Positions 40,389 through 49,066 of a stretch of 64,000 nt of DNA are shown piece by piece; position 1 is the first letter of the stretch, and the number at the start of each line of letters is the position of its first letter. The stretch covers positions 8,326 to 72,325 of the forward strand of contig JBAUUQ010000024.1 in NCBI GenBank assembly GCA_049582765.1, read 5' to 3'. The position numbers were made by a program, and so were the translations under genes. Origin of the DNA: Terriglobales bacterium. GTDB lineage: Bacteria; Acidobacteriota; Terriglobia; Terriglobales; Acidobacteriaceae. The notes beneath the pieces are model-generated. The model saw nothing but the letters and a program-made list of their open reading frames with translations. It searched no databases and was not told where the DNA came from.

Positions 40389-41117
40389 CTAGGCGGCGAC
40401 GAATTGCTGCCCGCCGTCGATGTCGTAGGTTGCGCCCGTGAGGGCGGTGTTGGTCATGATGTGCACGGCGAGCGCGGCGACGTCGGCCGGTCCCACGACG
40501 CGCCGGATGGGCAGCGTGGCACGGAGCTGATTGCGGCGGTTTTCGAGTTTATCGCCGAGCAGCGATGCCGACAACGGCGTGTCGACGAAGCCGGCGGCGA
40601 TGAGGTTGACGCGGACGGGCGCCAGCTCGAGCGCCAGGCTGGCGGTGAGGGCGGGGAGTGCGGCGGTGACCGTCGGCACGATCCCCAATCCGATGCTGGG
40701 GCGGCGGCCGCCGGTACCTCCCATGAACACCAGCGCGCCTCCCGGTCTTACCTTGTGGACCGCGTTGCGAGCAACCTGGAGCATCAGCAAGAGGTGCTCG
40801 TCGAGGGCGCGACGCGCCTGCTCGAAGTCCATGTCAAGAAGCCGCCCGTAGTGGGGCTGGCCGGCTGTCACCATCACGTGGTCGATCGTGGAGGGCAGGT
40901 TACGGAAGAACTGTTCGAGGGAAGCGGGGTCCGCGGCGTCGAAGGCCGCGGTGCTCAGCGCTGCGAGCTCGTTTGCGGCGCGCTGGAGGGGTTCGGGACT
41001 TCGCCCCGTCAGAATTACCTTCGCTCCCTGCGCACGCGCAAGGCGCGCGGTTTCGAGCCCAATGCCGGCGCTACCGCCGATCACGACTACGGTTTGTCCT
41101 GAAAGTTCAGGTCCCAT
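40389..41117 (-). CDS. Short-chain dehydrogenase/reductase (SDR) family oxidoreductase
   Basis: Cofactor motif VIGGSAGIGLETA (TGXXXGXG type). 242 aa. Confidence 0.88.
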   Translation of the reverse strand: MGPELSGQTVVVIGGSAGIGLETARLARAQGAKVILTGRSPEPLQRAANELAALSTAAFDAADPASLEQFFRNLPSTIDHVMVTAGQPHYGRLLDMDFEQARRALDEHLLLMLQVARNAVHKVRPGGALVFMGGTGGRRPSIGLGIVPTVTAALPALTASLALELAPVRVNLIAAGFVDTPLSASLLGDKLENRRNQLRATLPIRRVVGPADVAALAVHIMTNTALTGATYDIDGGQQFVAA

Positions 41118-41130
41118 TTTCCTTTCCTTC

Positions 41131-42177
41131 TCACATGGTGAGGACCACGCGGAACTGAGCCTTCCCGCTTATCATGCGGTCATAAGCTTCGGCGGCTTTC
41201 TCCAGGGGATAAGTTTCGATCATGGGGCGCACGCCTTTTAGTTCGGAGAATTTCAACGTGTCTTCCGAAGCAGCAGGCGGTTCTGCCGCCCAACCTTGAA
41301 TGGTTTTGCTTCCGAAGATAAGCTGCGCTGGAATGACTTCGATCGGCTCGGGTGCTGCGCCGATCACCATGAGTTTGCCGTTTGGACCGAGGCCGTTGAT
41401 CAATTCCGACATGGATTTCGAGCTCGGCGCGGTTGCCAAAATGACATCGGCTCCGCCCAACTTTTGCAACTCCTCGGCTGCGTTGGTGGCCGTGCTATCG
41501 ATATAGACAGTGGCTCCAAGTTTGGTAGCCAGCGCAGCATTTTCCGGACCGCGTCCGATGGCCGCGACTTTGTAGCCGAATTTGCTCGCGAATTGAACTC
41601 CCAGGTGGCCTAGCCCACCGATGCCCTCTACCGCGACGAGGTCGCCGGGCAATGCTCCGCTATTCCGAATCGCACCAAAAGTGGTCACTCCGGCGCAGAG
41701 CAGAGGCGCTGCGTCAAGGTCACTCAGATTGGCAGGGATCGCTGCCAGCGCTTCGACCGGCGCCACCATATATTGCTGATATCCGCCGTCGTAGCTGACG
41801 CCGGTAATTTTCTGGTTCCGGCAGTTGCGGAAATCGCCCCGGCGGCATTCACGACATGTCCCGTCGTGCCCGCCGTGCCAGCCTACGCCGACACGCTGCC
41901 CCGCCTTCCACGCGGAAACGCCCGTACCTAATTTGTCGATCACGCCGGCCACCTCGTGTCCGGGAATGCGGGGGTATTGAATTCCAGGCAACAAGCCTTC
42001 CTTCGTGAGCACGTCGCTATGACACACCCCGCAGGCCTGTACTCTAATCAGCACCTGACCGGGACCTGGTTCAGGAATATCCCGCTCCACAATCTCGAAA
42101 TCTCCATGCTGTTTCGAGATTTGTGCCGCCATCATGGTCGCTGCTGCTCTCATTGGGATTACTTCTCTTGCCGCCAT
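41131..42177 (-). CDS. Zinc-dependent medium-chain alcohol dehydrogenase
   Basis: Catalytic-Zn motif GVCHSD...GHEVAGV. Structural-Zn Cys cluster CRECRRGDFRNC. Rossmann GIGGLGH. The true start may be an internal Met (42135 or 42132). Confidence 0.9.
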   Translation of the reverse strand: MAAREVIPMRAAATMMAAQISKQHGDFEIVERDIPEPGPGQVLIRVQACGVCHSDVLTKEGLLPGIQYPRIPGHEVAGVIDKLGTGVSAWKAGQRVGVGWHGGHDGTCRECRRGDFRNCRNQKITGVSYDGGYQQYMVAPVEALAAIPANLSDLDAAPLLCAGVTTFGAIRNSGALPGDLVAVEGIGGLGHLGVQFASKFGYKVAAIGRGPENAALATKLGATVYIDSTATNAAEELQKLGGADVILATAPSSKSMSELINGLGPNGKLMVIGAAPEPIEVIPAQLIFGSKTIQGWAAEPPAASEDTLKFSELKGVRPMIETYPLEKAAEAYDRMISGKAQFRVVLTM

Positions 42178-42298
42178 AAACTCCTCCTGTAATTTTCGCG
42201 GGTCACCGAAATGCTGCGTGGAAGTTGCAGCAGGAAAGCCTCACCCGAAAACTTTCCCGCTGTTTTCGAGACGATTCAGTCAGGTTAACAACATCCCA

Positions 42299-43546
42299 TC
42301 ATGCTGCCGACTTCAACGCACCTGACCGCAGCGACCGGAAGCCGGCGCGAACCTCCTCTGAAAAGAGTTGCGGCTGTTCCCAAGCCGCGAAGTGTCCGCC
42401 TTTCGCAACCTTGTTGTAATGGATGAGTTTGGGATACGCCCGCTCTGCCCAACTCCGCGGGGCTGGATAGAGTTCGTCAGGAAAGACGCTCACGGCAACC
42501 GGGATGGTGATGCCTTTGGCATTGAAATACCCGAGTTTGCCCCAATTCTCCCAATAGAGCCGGGCGCCAGAAAGCGCCGTGTTCGTCAACCAGGTGATCG
42601 TGATGTTGTCGAGGATGTCGTCGCGCGTGAGGCCTTCGGATTTTCCCTCAAAGACGCGTGAGATCAGTTCGTAGCTGCGCGCGTCGTGATCGAGAAAATA
42701 AGCCGCCAGGCCAACGGGTGAGTCCGCGATTCCGTATAGTGTCTGGGGTCGCAGCCCCATCTGGTACCCGTAGGCGATACCCTTTTGGTATACGAACTGC
42801 AAACGCTCGTAAGCGATCTTCTCGTCGGCGGAGAGACCCGATGGCGCCGGCGCCCCGGAAAAAGCCGCCTTGTCAATGTCGGGTGGAAAGATGCCAGGCA
42901 TGTTGGTGTGAATGCCGAGCAACTCCGGAGCCGCATCCAGGCCCATCTGATCGACGATGACCGCCCCCCAATCGCCGCCTTGCGCCACGAATTTCGTGTA
43001 TCCGAGGCGCTTCATCAGCACGACCCAGGCACGGGCGATGTGGGCAACATCCCACCCGGTGGTGGTCGGTTTGCCTGAGTATCCGTAGCCCGGCATTGAC
43101 GGGATCACCAGGTGGAACGCATCGGATGCATTTTCGCCGTGTGCCGTGGGGTTGGTCAGCGGATCGAGGATCTTCATCTGTTCGATGATCGAGCCGGGCC
43201 ATCCGTGGGTGACGATCAGCGGCAACGCATTTTCGTGTTTTGAACGGACGTGAATGAAGTGAATGTCCAGTCCGTCGATCTCTGTGATGAACTGCGGTAG
43301 GCTGTTCAGTCTTGCTTCGACCTTGCGCCAATCGTAATCTGTCGCCCAATAGCGTGCGAGTGCCTGAATCGTCGCGAGCTGCACGCCTTGCGATGCGTCC
43401 GTGACCGTTTCCCGCTCAGGCCACTTGGCCGCATTGATGCGCTTGCGCAGTTCGGTAAGTTCCGCCTCTGGAACATTCACATGAAACGGACGAATAGCAT
43501 TCTTGTCACCTGCATGTTTGCTGTCTGTATCACTGATTTGGGTCAT
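42299..43546 (-). CDS. Epoxide hydrolase (microsomal-type, EHN N-terminal domain plus alpha/beta hydrolase)
   Basis: EHN block IRPFHVNVPEAELTELRKRINAAKWP. Oxyanion-hole HGWPGS. Nucleophile context GGDWG. Confidence 0.9.
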   Translation of the reverse strand: MTQISDTDSKHAGDKNAIRPFHVNVPEAELTELRKRINAAKWPERETVTDASQGVQLATIQALARYWATDYDWRKVEARLNSLPQFITEIDGLDIHFIHVRSKHENALPLIVTHGWPGSIIEQMKILDPLTNPTAHGENASDAFHLVIPSMPGYGYSGKPTTTGWDVAHIARAWVVLMKRLGYTKFVAQGGDWGAVIVDQMGLDAAPELLGIHTNMPGIFPPDIDKAAFSGAPAPSGLSADEKIAYERLQFVYQKGIAYGYQMGLRPQTLYGIADSPVGLAAYFLDHDARSYELISRVFEGKSEGLTRDDILDNITITWLTNTALSGARLYWENWGKLGYFNAKGITIPVAVSVFPDELYPAPRSWAERAYPKLIHYNKVAKGGHFAAWEQPQLFSEEVRAGFRSLRSGALKSAA

Positions 43547-43803
43547 GGAGGCCTCCTTTTGAGTAGTTTTAGATTCGTTTGTTGGTGCTGCAGTTCGGAG
43601 CGAAGACCAGCACTCCGCAAGCGAGAAAACCGAACATTGCCAAACCTTGGCTGTTTCTCGTAGGGTTCACCTCCCGTTCGTCACGCCGCCCAGTATGGCA
43701 ACTGCGGCTCCCGGCTGCATCACGCGATGCAGTAGATTTCTATTACCTCAAACGTTTAGTAGATTCATAACTCGTTTGGGGGAGGCGGGAGGTCCTACCG
43801 CAG

Positions 43804-45111
43804 CTAGTTGGTTGAGCGCTGTGGCGCGGCCGGTCGAGTGATTCGGTGCAACAGAATAATCGCGGCGGCCATTGCCACGCACCCGTACTCCAACAGCATG
43901 ACCCAGCCAGGAAGCGCCCCCCACGGACGCCCAAGTGCGCGCAGGTGCCATTGGACGTAGGTCGGGATAATGCTCACCGTCCAGATGATGATCAGCAGCG
44001 TCGAGGCCGACGTCAGAAATGGCAGCAGCCAGAGAAGATACCATGGGAATACTGCCGGTGCACACAAAAGAGATGCTGCCATCGGCCAGGCAAACTGGTC
44101 GGGAGACCACTCGGGCGCCGTGGTTCTTAGCCAGGTTGCAGTCACTAATCCGACGAGCACCGCCAGCCCAGCCAGCAACTGCGGATGCGCCACTTGAGCG
44201 AGTGCCGCAAACACCGGACCATTAAAGCGGAAGTTCTGCACATACGTGCCCAGCGAGCCGATCGGGATGCGGCCATGGTTGAAAAATGAACGATTCAGAA
44301 ATGGCACGTACAGGAGTCCAACCGCAGCTGCTGCCAGCGCCGCGTGGCGAATACGAACCCGCTTCCAGTAAAGAGGCAAGAGTACGATCGGCAGGAATTT
44401 CACTGCTATCGCCAGCCCAAGTGCGACAGCCGCAGTCGCCCGCCATCGGCGCACCAGTGCAGCCGCGGACGCCACCAACAATAGTGCGCCCACAATGTCA
44501 ATGTGACCGCTTCCCGCCACCTCAATAGCCAACAATGGGTTCCAGGCGAATGCCAGAACCAGATGCGCTCCCTGCCCGGTAAAGCGCAGCAGATCGAGCA
44601 ACACGAAAACAAGTGCGACCTCGCAAACCACAAACGCTACTTTGAATGCAAAGGTGGACTCCTGAATAGCGGTTACGGCGCGGAAAAAAAGCTGTGCTCC
44701 TGCTGGATATGGACTCGGTAGATCGGGGTTGTTCAAGTTGCGGGTTTCCGGAGTATGCAGGCCTTTAACGGCGGGATCGCTGGGAACGACAAGGTAGGGG
44801 TTGTAGCCGAGCCTCTGCAGGCGGCCATCCCAAACGTATCGATGGATATCATCATCGGGACCCGCGGGCAGGCGAAGAAATGCAATGTGCCACACAGCCG
44901 CCAGGACCAGCCCAATGACGACAACCCGCCGGGAAAATCTTGGCGCAGAGAAAAACTCACGGATCGCCAAGAGGTACGCGATTCCCGCAACCGTCAAAGA
45001 GGCCATGAAGTACGGCCCACCCCTATCGCTGAAGTAGCGTGCGCAGATGGTTAGCGCCACGCACAACGTGGCGCCGAGTAGGTACACTCTCCACGCGGGG
45101 GTGAGCTTCAT
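43804..45111 (-). CDS. Polytopic membrane glycosyltransferase-like protein (GT-C fold, DUF2029/GT87-like)
   Basis: ORF trimmed to ATG 45111. More than 10 TM helices. First-loop acidic motif PDDDIHRYVWDG, typical of GT-C enzymes. Confidence 0.68.
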   Translation of the reverse strand: MKLTPAWRVYLLGATLCVALTICARYFSDRGGPYFMASLTVAGIAYLLAIREFFSAPRFSRRVVVIGLVLAAVWHIAFLRLPAGPDDDIHRYVWDGRLQRLGYNPYLVVPSDPAVKGLHTPETRNLNNPDLPSPYPAGAQLFFRAVTAIQESTFAFKVAFVVCEVALVFVLLDLLRFTGQGAHLVLAFAWNPLLAIEVAGSGHIDIVGALLLVASAAALVRRWRATAAVALGLAIAVKFLPIVLLPLYWKRVRIRHAALAAAAVGLLYVPFLNRSFFNHGRIPIGSLGTYVQNFRFNGPVFAALAQVAHPQLLAGLAVLVGLVTATWLRTTAPEWSPDQFAWPMAASLLCAPAVFPWYLLWLLPFLTSASTLLIIIWTVSIIPTYVQWHLRALGRPWGALPGWVMLLEYGCVAMAAAIILLHRITRPAAPQRSTN

Positions 45112-45119
45112 TATTACTA

Positions 45120-45863
45120 TTACGAGTCTCCCGTGCCCGTTCGAGAGCTTGTCCGGGATTGCCCCGCCGCAAGCTCCCACTCTTTAAGCCACGCCGCCGT
45201 GCGTGGCGCCCTTGCCGGAGTCAGCCGCAACTCCTCTGCCAACCGGGTCAGGTCGTCAGCCACGTCAATATCGTAAAAGGGATCTGCGAAACCTACGGAA
45301 AGCTCAAGAGCTTGTGCGTGCGACAGGAGTCTCTCCAGCGCGCTGCTGGTGCCCATTCCGTCGTGTGCGAAAAGCGCAGGATGAGAAGCCTTCGCCCCGA
45401 CGAGATAGTAGCCTCCATCGTGTGTCGGTCCCACGACCACGTCATGTGCGGCCAGCGTTTCGAACGCGTCTTCGAGAATAGAACGCGGCAGGTGCGGGCT
45501 GTCGCTGTTGAAAGCGATAACGCGCCATCGATGACCTTCTGCGAAGTGCGCAAACACCGAAGTAAGGCCAGCAGCAAGACCTTCACCTTTCTGGGCAACT
45601 ACGCTCGCGTCGTTGCCTGCCAATTGTGTCAGCTCGTTTAGGTCGGTGTCCGGACACATGATGGCAACTTCCAAATCACTCAAAGACCGCGCCAGCGCCA
45701 GCGTATCTTCCAAGAGACAGCGATAGAAAGCTGTGACAGCCTCAGGAGAAAGGCTGGGCGCCAGCCGGGTCTTCACCGCGCCCGGCCTCGGTGCTTTCGC
45801 CATGATAACCAGCACGCGGTCACTATCGGACGAACGCACCACCGTCTCCCTCGAAGATTTCAT
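45120..45863 (-). CDS. DUF2064 / TIGR04282-like nucleotide-diphospho-sugar-transferase-fold protein
   Basis: Family blocks VIMAKAPRPGAVKTRL, NSDSPHLP and GPTHDGGYYLVG. Start taken at ATG 45863. Confidence 0.8.
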   Translation of the reverse strand: MKSSRETVVRSSDSDRVLVIMAKAPRPGAVKTRLAPSLSPEAVTAFYRCLLEDTLALARSLSDLEVAIMCPDTDLNELTQLAGNDASVVAQKGEGLAAGLTSVFAHFAEGHRWRVIAFNSDSPHLPRSILEDAFETLAAHDVVVGPTHDGGYYLVGAKASHPALFAHDGMGTSSALERLLSHAQALELSVGFADPFYDIDVADDLTRLAEELRLTPARAPRTAAWLKEWELAAGQSRTSSRTGTGDS

Positions 45864-45886
45864 AGATGGTTGGGGCAATAATATAC

Positions 45887-45906
45887 GACGGTGGCCCACT
45901 CAAGCC
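45887..45906. repeat. Left 20-bp inverted repeat flanking the toxin-antitoxin cassette (REP type B half-site)
   Basis: GACGGTGGCCCACTCAAGCC is the exact reverse complement of 46597-46616. Confidence 0.65.
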
Positions 45907-45969
45907 TGGAATGTAACAACTTTGGAAAATGTCTTCTATGTGGAGTATACTGTGGAACAGATTCCATAT

Positions 45970-46203
45970 ATGCAAATCGTTCAAATCGTGCTGGATAAAA
46001 AGCTGTTACACGCCGCCGACCAAGCCGCGAAGCGCACTCGGCGAAACCGTTCCGCCTTGGTGCGCGATGCCCTGCGGGAACATCTCCACCGGTTGGATCT
46101 GCGGGCCAGAGAAGAGCGCGACCGCCAGGGCTACTCGCGACATTCGCAAGCCGACGCGGAAGCGCGGGGTTGGGAGTCGGAGGCGACGTGGCCGGAAGAA
46201 TAG
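45970..46203 (+). CDS. Ribbon-helix-helix (CopG/MazE-like) antitoxin
   Basis: 77 aa from ATG 45970. RHH pattern VQIVLDKKLLHAADQAAKRTRRNRSALVRDALREHL. Acidic C-terminal tail. Overlaps the toxin start. Confidence 0.8.
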   Translation: MQIVQIVLDKKLLHAADQAAKRTRRNRSALVRDALREHLHRLDLRAREERDRQGYSRHSQADAEARGWESEATWPEE

Positions 46204-46535
46204 CCCGAGGCCAGATCGCCCGAGGCGAGGTTCGTCTCTACCAGTTTGCCCCGCCCGACAAAAAACGACCCGCTCTCGTGCTCACCCGCAACAGCGCCAT
46301 CGGGTATCTATCCACGGTCACGGTTGCGCCTGTCACTTCCACCATTCGTGGTGTGCCATCGGAAGTCGTTCTGCATGAGGAAGACGGCATGAAGTCCCCT
46401 TGTGCAGTAAACCTGCACAATGCAGTTACGGTGTCGCAACAGCGCCTGGGGAAACGTGTGGCCCAGCTTAGTCCCGCGCGAATGAATGAGGTGTGTGCTG
46501 CCCTGCGCTTCTCTCTGGGGTGCGATGCAAACTAG
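46188..46535 (+). CDS. MazF/PemK-family type II toxin endoribonuclease
   Basis: PemK-like blocks RGEVRLYQF...KKRPALVLT...VAPVTS and SPCAVNLHNAVTVSQQRL. Start is either GTG 46188 or the ORF-track start 46170. Confidence 0.85.
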   Translation: MAGRIARGQIARGEVRLYQFAPPDKKRPALVLTRNSAIGYLSTVTVAPVTSTIRGVPSEVVLHEEDGMKSPCAVNLHNAVTVSQQRLGKRVAQLSPARMNEVCAALRFSLGCDAN

Positions 46536-46577
46536 TTGCTGGGAACGTTCCGCTTGTCTCCCAATTTCAAGAACTGC

Positions 46578-46616
46578 TCCACTCAAGCCAAAGCCGGGCT
46601 TGAGTGGGCCACCGTC
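46578..46616. repeat. REP type B hairpin containing the right 20-bp inverted repeat
   Basis: CCACTCAAGCC, loop AAAGCCG, GGCTTGAGTGG extended to GGCTTGAGTGGGCCACCGTC (46597-46616). Lies between the mazF-like stop and the GT2 stop. Confidence 0.65.
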
Positions 46617-46622
46617 CCGACT

Positions 46623-47309
46623 TCATACCCGGCGCCGGAAATAATAACGGACGATCAAGCTGAGGATGAACCAACCCGCGCCGACCGTGCCCTTCAGCGT
46701 GCCGCTGATCTTCGATTTTCCGATGCGCGGGTAGTAGCTCACCGGGACTTCAACCACGCGGGATTCACCGAGGGCGCCTTTGAGGATCATCTCCACCGCC
46801 CAGCCATAGGTGGTCTCTTCGAGCGCGAGCGCGCGGAGTACATCGGCGCGGCCAGCGCGAAAGGGACCGAGGTCGCTAATTTTCAAACCATAAAGCAGCT
46901 TAATCAGGCGGGCGGCGAGACGATTACCAAAGACCTGATGCCAAGGCAGCGCCCCAGCGGAATGCCGCCCCTGCAGGCGGGAACCGAGCACGATGTCGGC
47001 ACGGCCTTCAATGATTGGCGCTAAAAGAATCGGCAGTTCTGAGGGGCGATCGCTGTAGTCGCCATCGAGGAACACAACCACGTCAGGGGAGTTTGCCGTG
47101 GCCAGACCCGTGAGGCAGGCTCGCCCATAGCCGCGGCGCGGCTCCTGAACCACGCGGGCCCCCACTCTTGCGGCGATCTCGGGCGTCCCGTCAGTCGAGT
47201 TGCTGTCAACAACGATGACCTCCGTCGTGAGATCGGCCGGAAGCTCCGCTAGAACGCGCTCGATGGCCTGCGCTTCATTATGGGTAGGGATGATGACGGA
47301 CACTCGCAC
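46623..47309 (-). CDS. Family 2 glycosyltransferase (polyprenyl-phosphate sugar synthase-like)
   Basis: VSVIIPTHNEAQAI, VDSNSTDGT and DGDYSD (DXD-type) blocks. C-terminal amphipathic/TM tail. Confidence 0.9.
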   Translation of the reverse strand: MRVSVIIPTHNEAQAIERVLAELPADLTTEVIVVDSNSTDGTPEIAARVGARVVQEPRRGYGRACLTGLATANSPDVVVFLDGDYSDRPSELPILLAPIIEGRADIVLGSRLQGRHSAGALPWHQVFGNRLAARLIKLLYGLKISDLGPFRAGRADVLRALALEETTYGWAVEMILKGALGESRVVEVPVSYYPRIGKSKISGTLKGTVGAGWFILSLIVRYYFRRRV

Positions 47310-47320
47310 AGGGCATCAGG

Positions 47321-47833
47321 TTAAATCAACCACCACGGAGCTGATGGCCACCGTTGCGCCAGCCACGCGTCCAGGCCCCATCTCCGGCCGGCACATCCGA
47401 TCGCGAGCCCGAGCGATGCCATCACCGGAACCAGCAGTTCCCAGATCCACGCGGTGCCCCACTCCGAAATCCAAAGGCTGCCGAGATACAGAAAGGCCAC
47501 AAATGCGGCCGGCCGGGTAAGCAGGCCGATGACGAGCAGGATACCGAGAGAGATCTCGGTCAGGGCCTGCATGGGAGCGGCCATCGCGGCGTGGCTTGCC
47601 GCCAGGCCCATCACCGCCTTCCAGAGAGCAGGCGAATGACTGTTCTTGATGTAGTAACTGATCAGACCCGCGTAACCCGCCGGCGTGTAAAGGCCTTTCC
47701 CCAGATTCTCGAAAAAGACCCACACGAACATTGCGCCGATGGTTACTCGCACGATGGCCAGACCGTTGGCGGCTGGCGGTTGGTGGGCCACTGGGGTTGC
47801 GTCACTTTGCGGTGAGGTTGCGCTCGTTGTCAT
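47321..47833 (-). CDS. DoxX-family membrane protein
   Basis: Four TM helices, about 170 aa. DoxX-like RVTIGAMFVWVFFENL N-terminal helix. Confidence 0.78.
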   Translation of the reverse strand: MTTSATSPQSDATPVAHQPPAANGLAIVRVTIGAMFVWVFFENLGKGLYTPAGYAGLISYYIKNSHSPALWKAVMGLAASHAAMAAPMQALTEISLGILLVIGLLTRPAAFVAFLYLGSLWISEWGTAWIWELLVPVMASLGLAIGCAGRRWGLDAWLAQRWPSAPWWLI

Positions 47834-47999
47834 GGTGAACCTCGTCCAGTGGATGCTATACCAGATCGGAAATATTCGACAAATCGTGTCTCAACGAAGC
47901 AGTTCAGTAATGCTCCCAAGTGACTGACTAGTGTTCATCGGGCCGAGCCGACCTAAAAATCAGGCGCCCGTCTCCGGTGAACTGGTAAACGCTGGGTGC

Positions 48000-48028
48000 C
48001 CCACGTTTCGCGGTTTTCGAAACGTGGG
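48000..48028. repeat. REP-like hairpin (type C)
   Basis: CCCACGTTTCG, loop CGGTTTT, CGAAACGTGGG. Perfect 11-bp stem. Confidence 0.55.
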
Positions 48029-48090
48029 ATTCCACGAAAATGTGCACTTAGAAATCAAAGAATTTGGCTGATTAGATAACCGGCGGGTGG

Positions 48091-48119
48091 CCCATCTTTG
48101 CGTTCTGTGCAAAGGTGGG
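48091..48119. repeat. REP-like hairpin (type D)
   Basis: CCCATCTTTGC, loop GTTCTGT, GCAAAGGTGGG (10 of 11 pair). Supplies the apparent start of ORF 48115. Confidence 0.5.
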
Positions 48120-48129
48120 GACCACGGAC

Positions 48130-48339
48130 CGCACCGTCATCGTCACCAGCTCCGGACGTCTTTGCCGGTACAACAAGAAAATCAACCTCAGCGTATCTCT
48201 CGCGGGCCAGGCCGTCGGCGTCAAAGAAGTTGATGACGGCATCTGGCTGGTCAGTTTTATGAATTACGATCTCGGCTATATTGATCTGGAGGAAAAAACT
48301 TTGCAGCCCCTGCAGAACCCCTTCGGGCCAAAAGTGTAA
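48130..48339 (+). pseudogene. C-terminal remnant of an IS481-like (rve/DDE) transposase
   Basis: The translation VIVTSSGRLCRYNKKINLSVSLAGQAVGVKEVDDGIWLVSFMNYDLGYIDLEEKTL matches the characteristic post-catalytic tail of IS481-family transposases (...ALAGE.VGLEE.DDG.W.V.F....LG..D...). There is no catalytic domain upstream. Confidence 0.55.
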
Positions 48340-48394
48340 CCCATGTCTCCGGAACGTTCTGTTACCGATGTCTCCGGAACGGATATGAAAAGAT

Positions 48395-48440
<46 letters not shown>

Positions 48441-49066
48441 ATTGGTCGTACGAGGAATCAACAACTTAGACCGAGTGCTACTAATTGTGAGGAAATGTCA
48501 TATATGCCTTGTGTAGCAAGGCTTTGCAGGGATACCTCGACACTCCATCACACTCGGCAGGGTTTGGTGTGGACACAATTTTGGGCACAGTCGAATGAGG
48601 TGAACTGGGTCACCTCCGCGTCTTTCACGGTATACCTTCCGCAAATTAAATTTGGCGCTGGCGGTCGAGAACATGTCCGCGCAGTGGGAGCAAAATGCAA
48701 AGGGCTGTGCAGCTGTGCATGCATCTGGCAGAGGTAACAGGGGCCCCCATTCATTTCAAAGCATTGGGCGGAGAGCAATTCTATTAAGGGGGAGGGGGGT
48801 GGCATCCCCTGCCGATGCTGTAAACAACTGCACAAACTCGACGAGTCCGCATGGGTCGGCCCACTCTACTTTGGCACCCAATTCCGACACATCAGCAAGT
48901 CACACGCGTTCTGGTCGAAAGGTGGAGTTGTTGAAAGTCATGGTGAGTTCCCCGTCGCGACCAATGGTGCTACGGGACTTCCGGTTTGGCCAAGGAGCCC
49001 AACTGCCAGTCGAACATGTCCACACACCGGAACCAGTCCGTGTGCGCTCTTGAGCCCACTTGTCAT

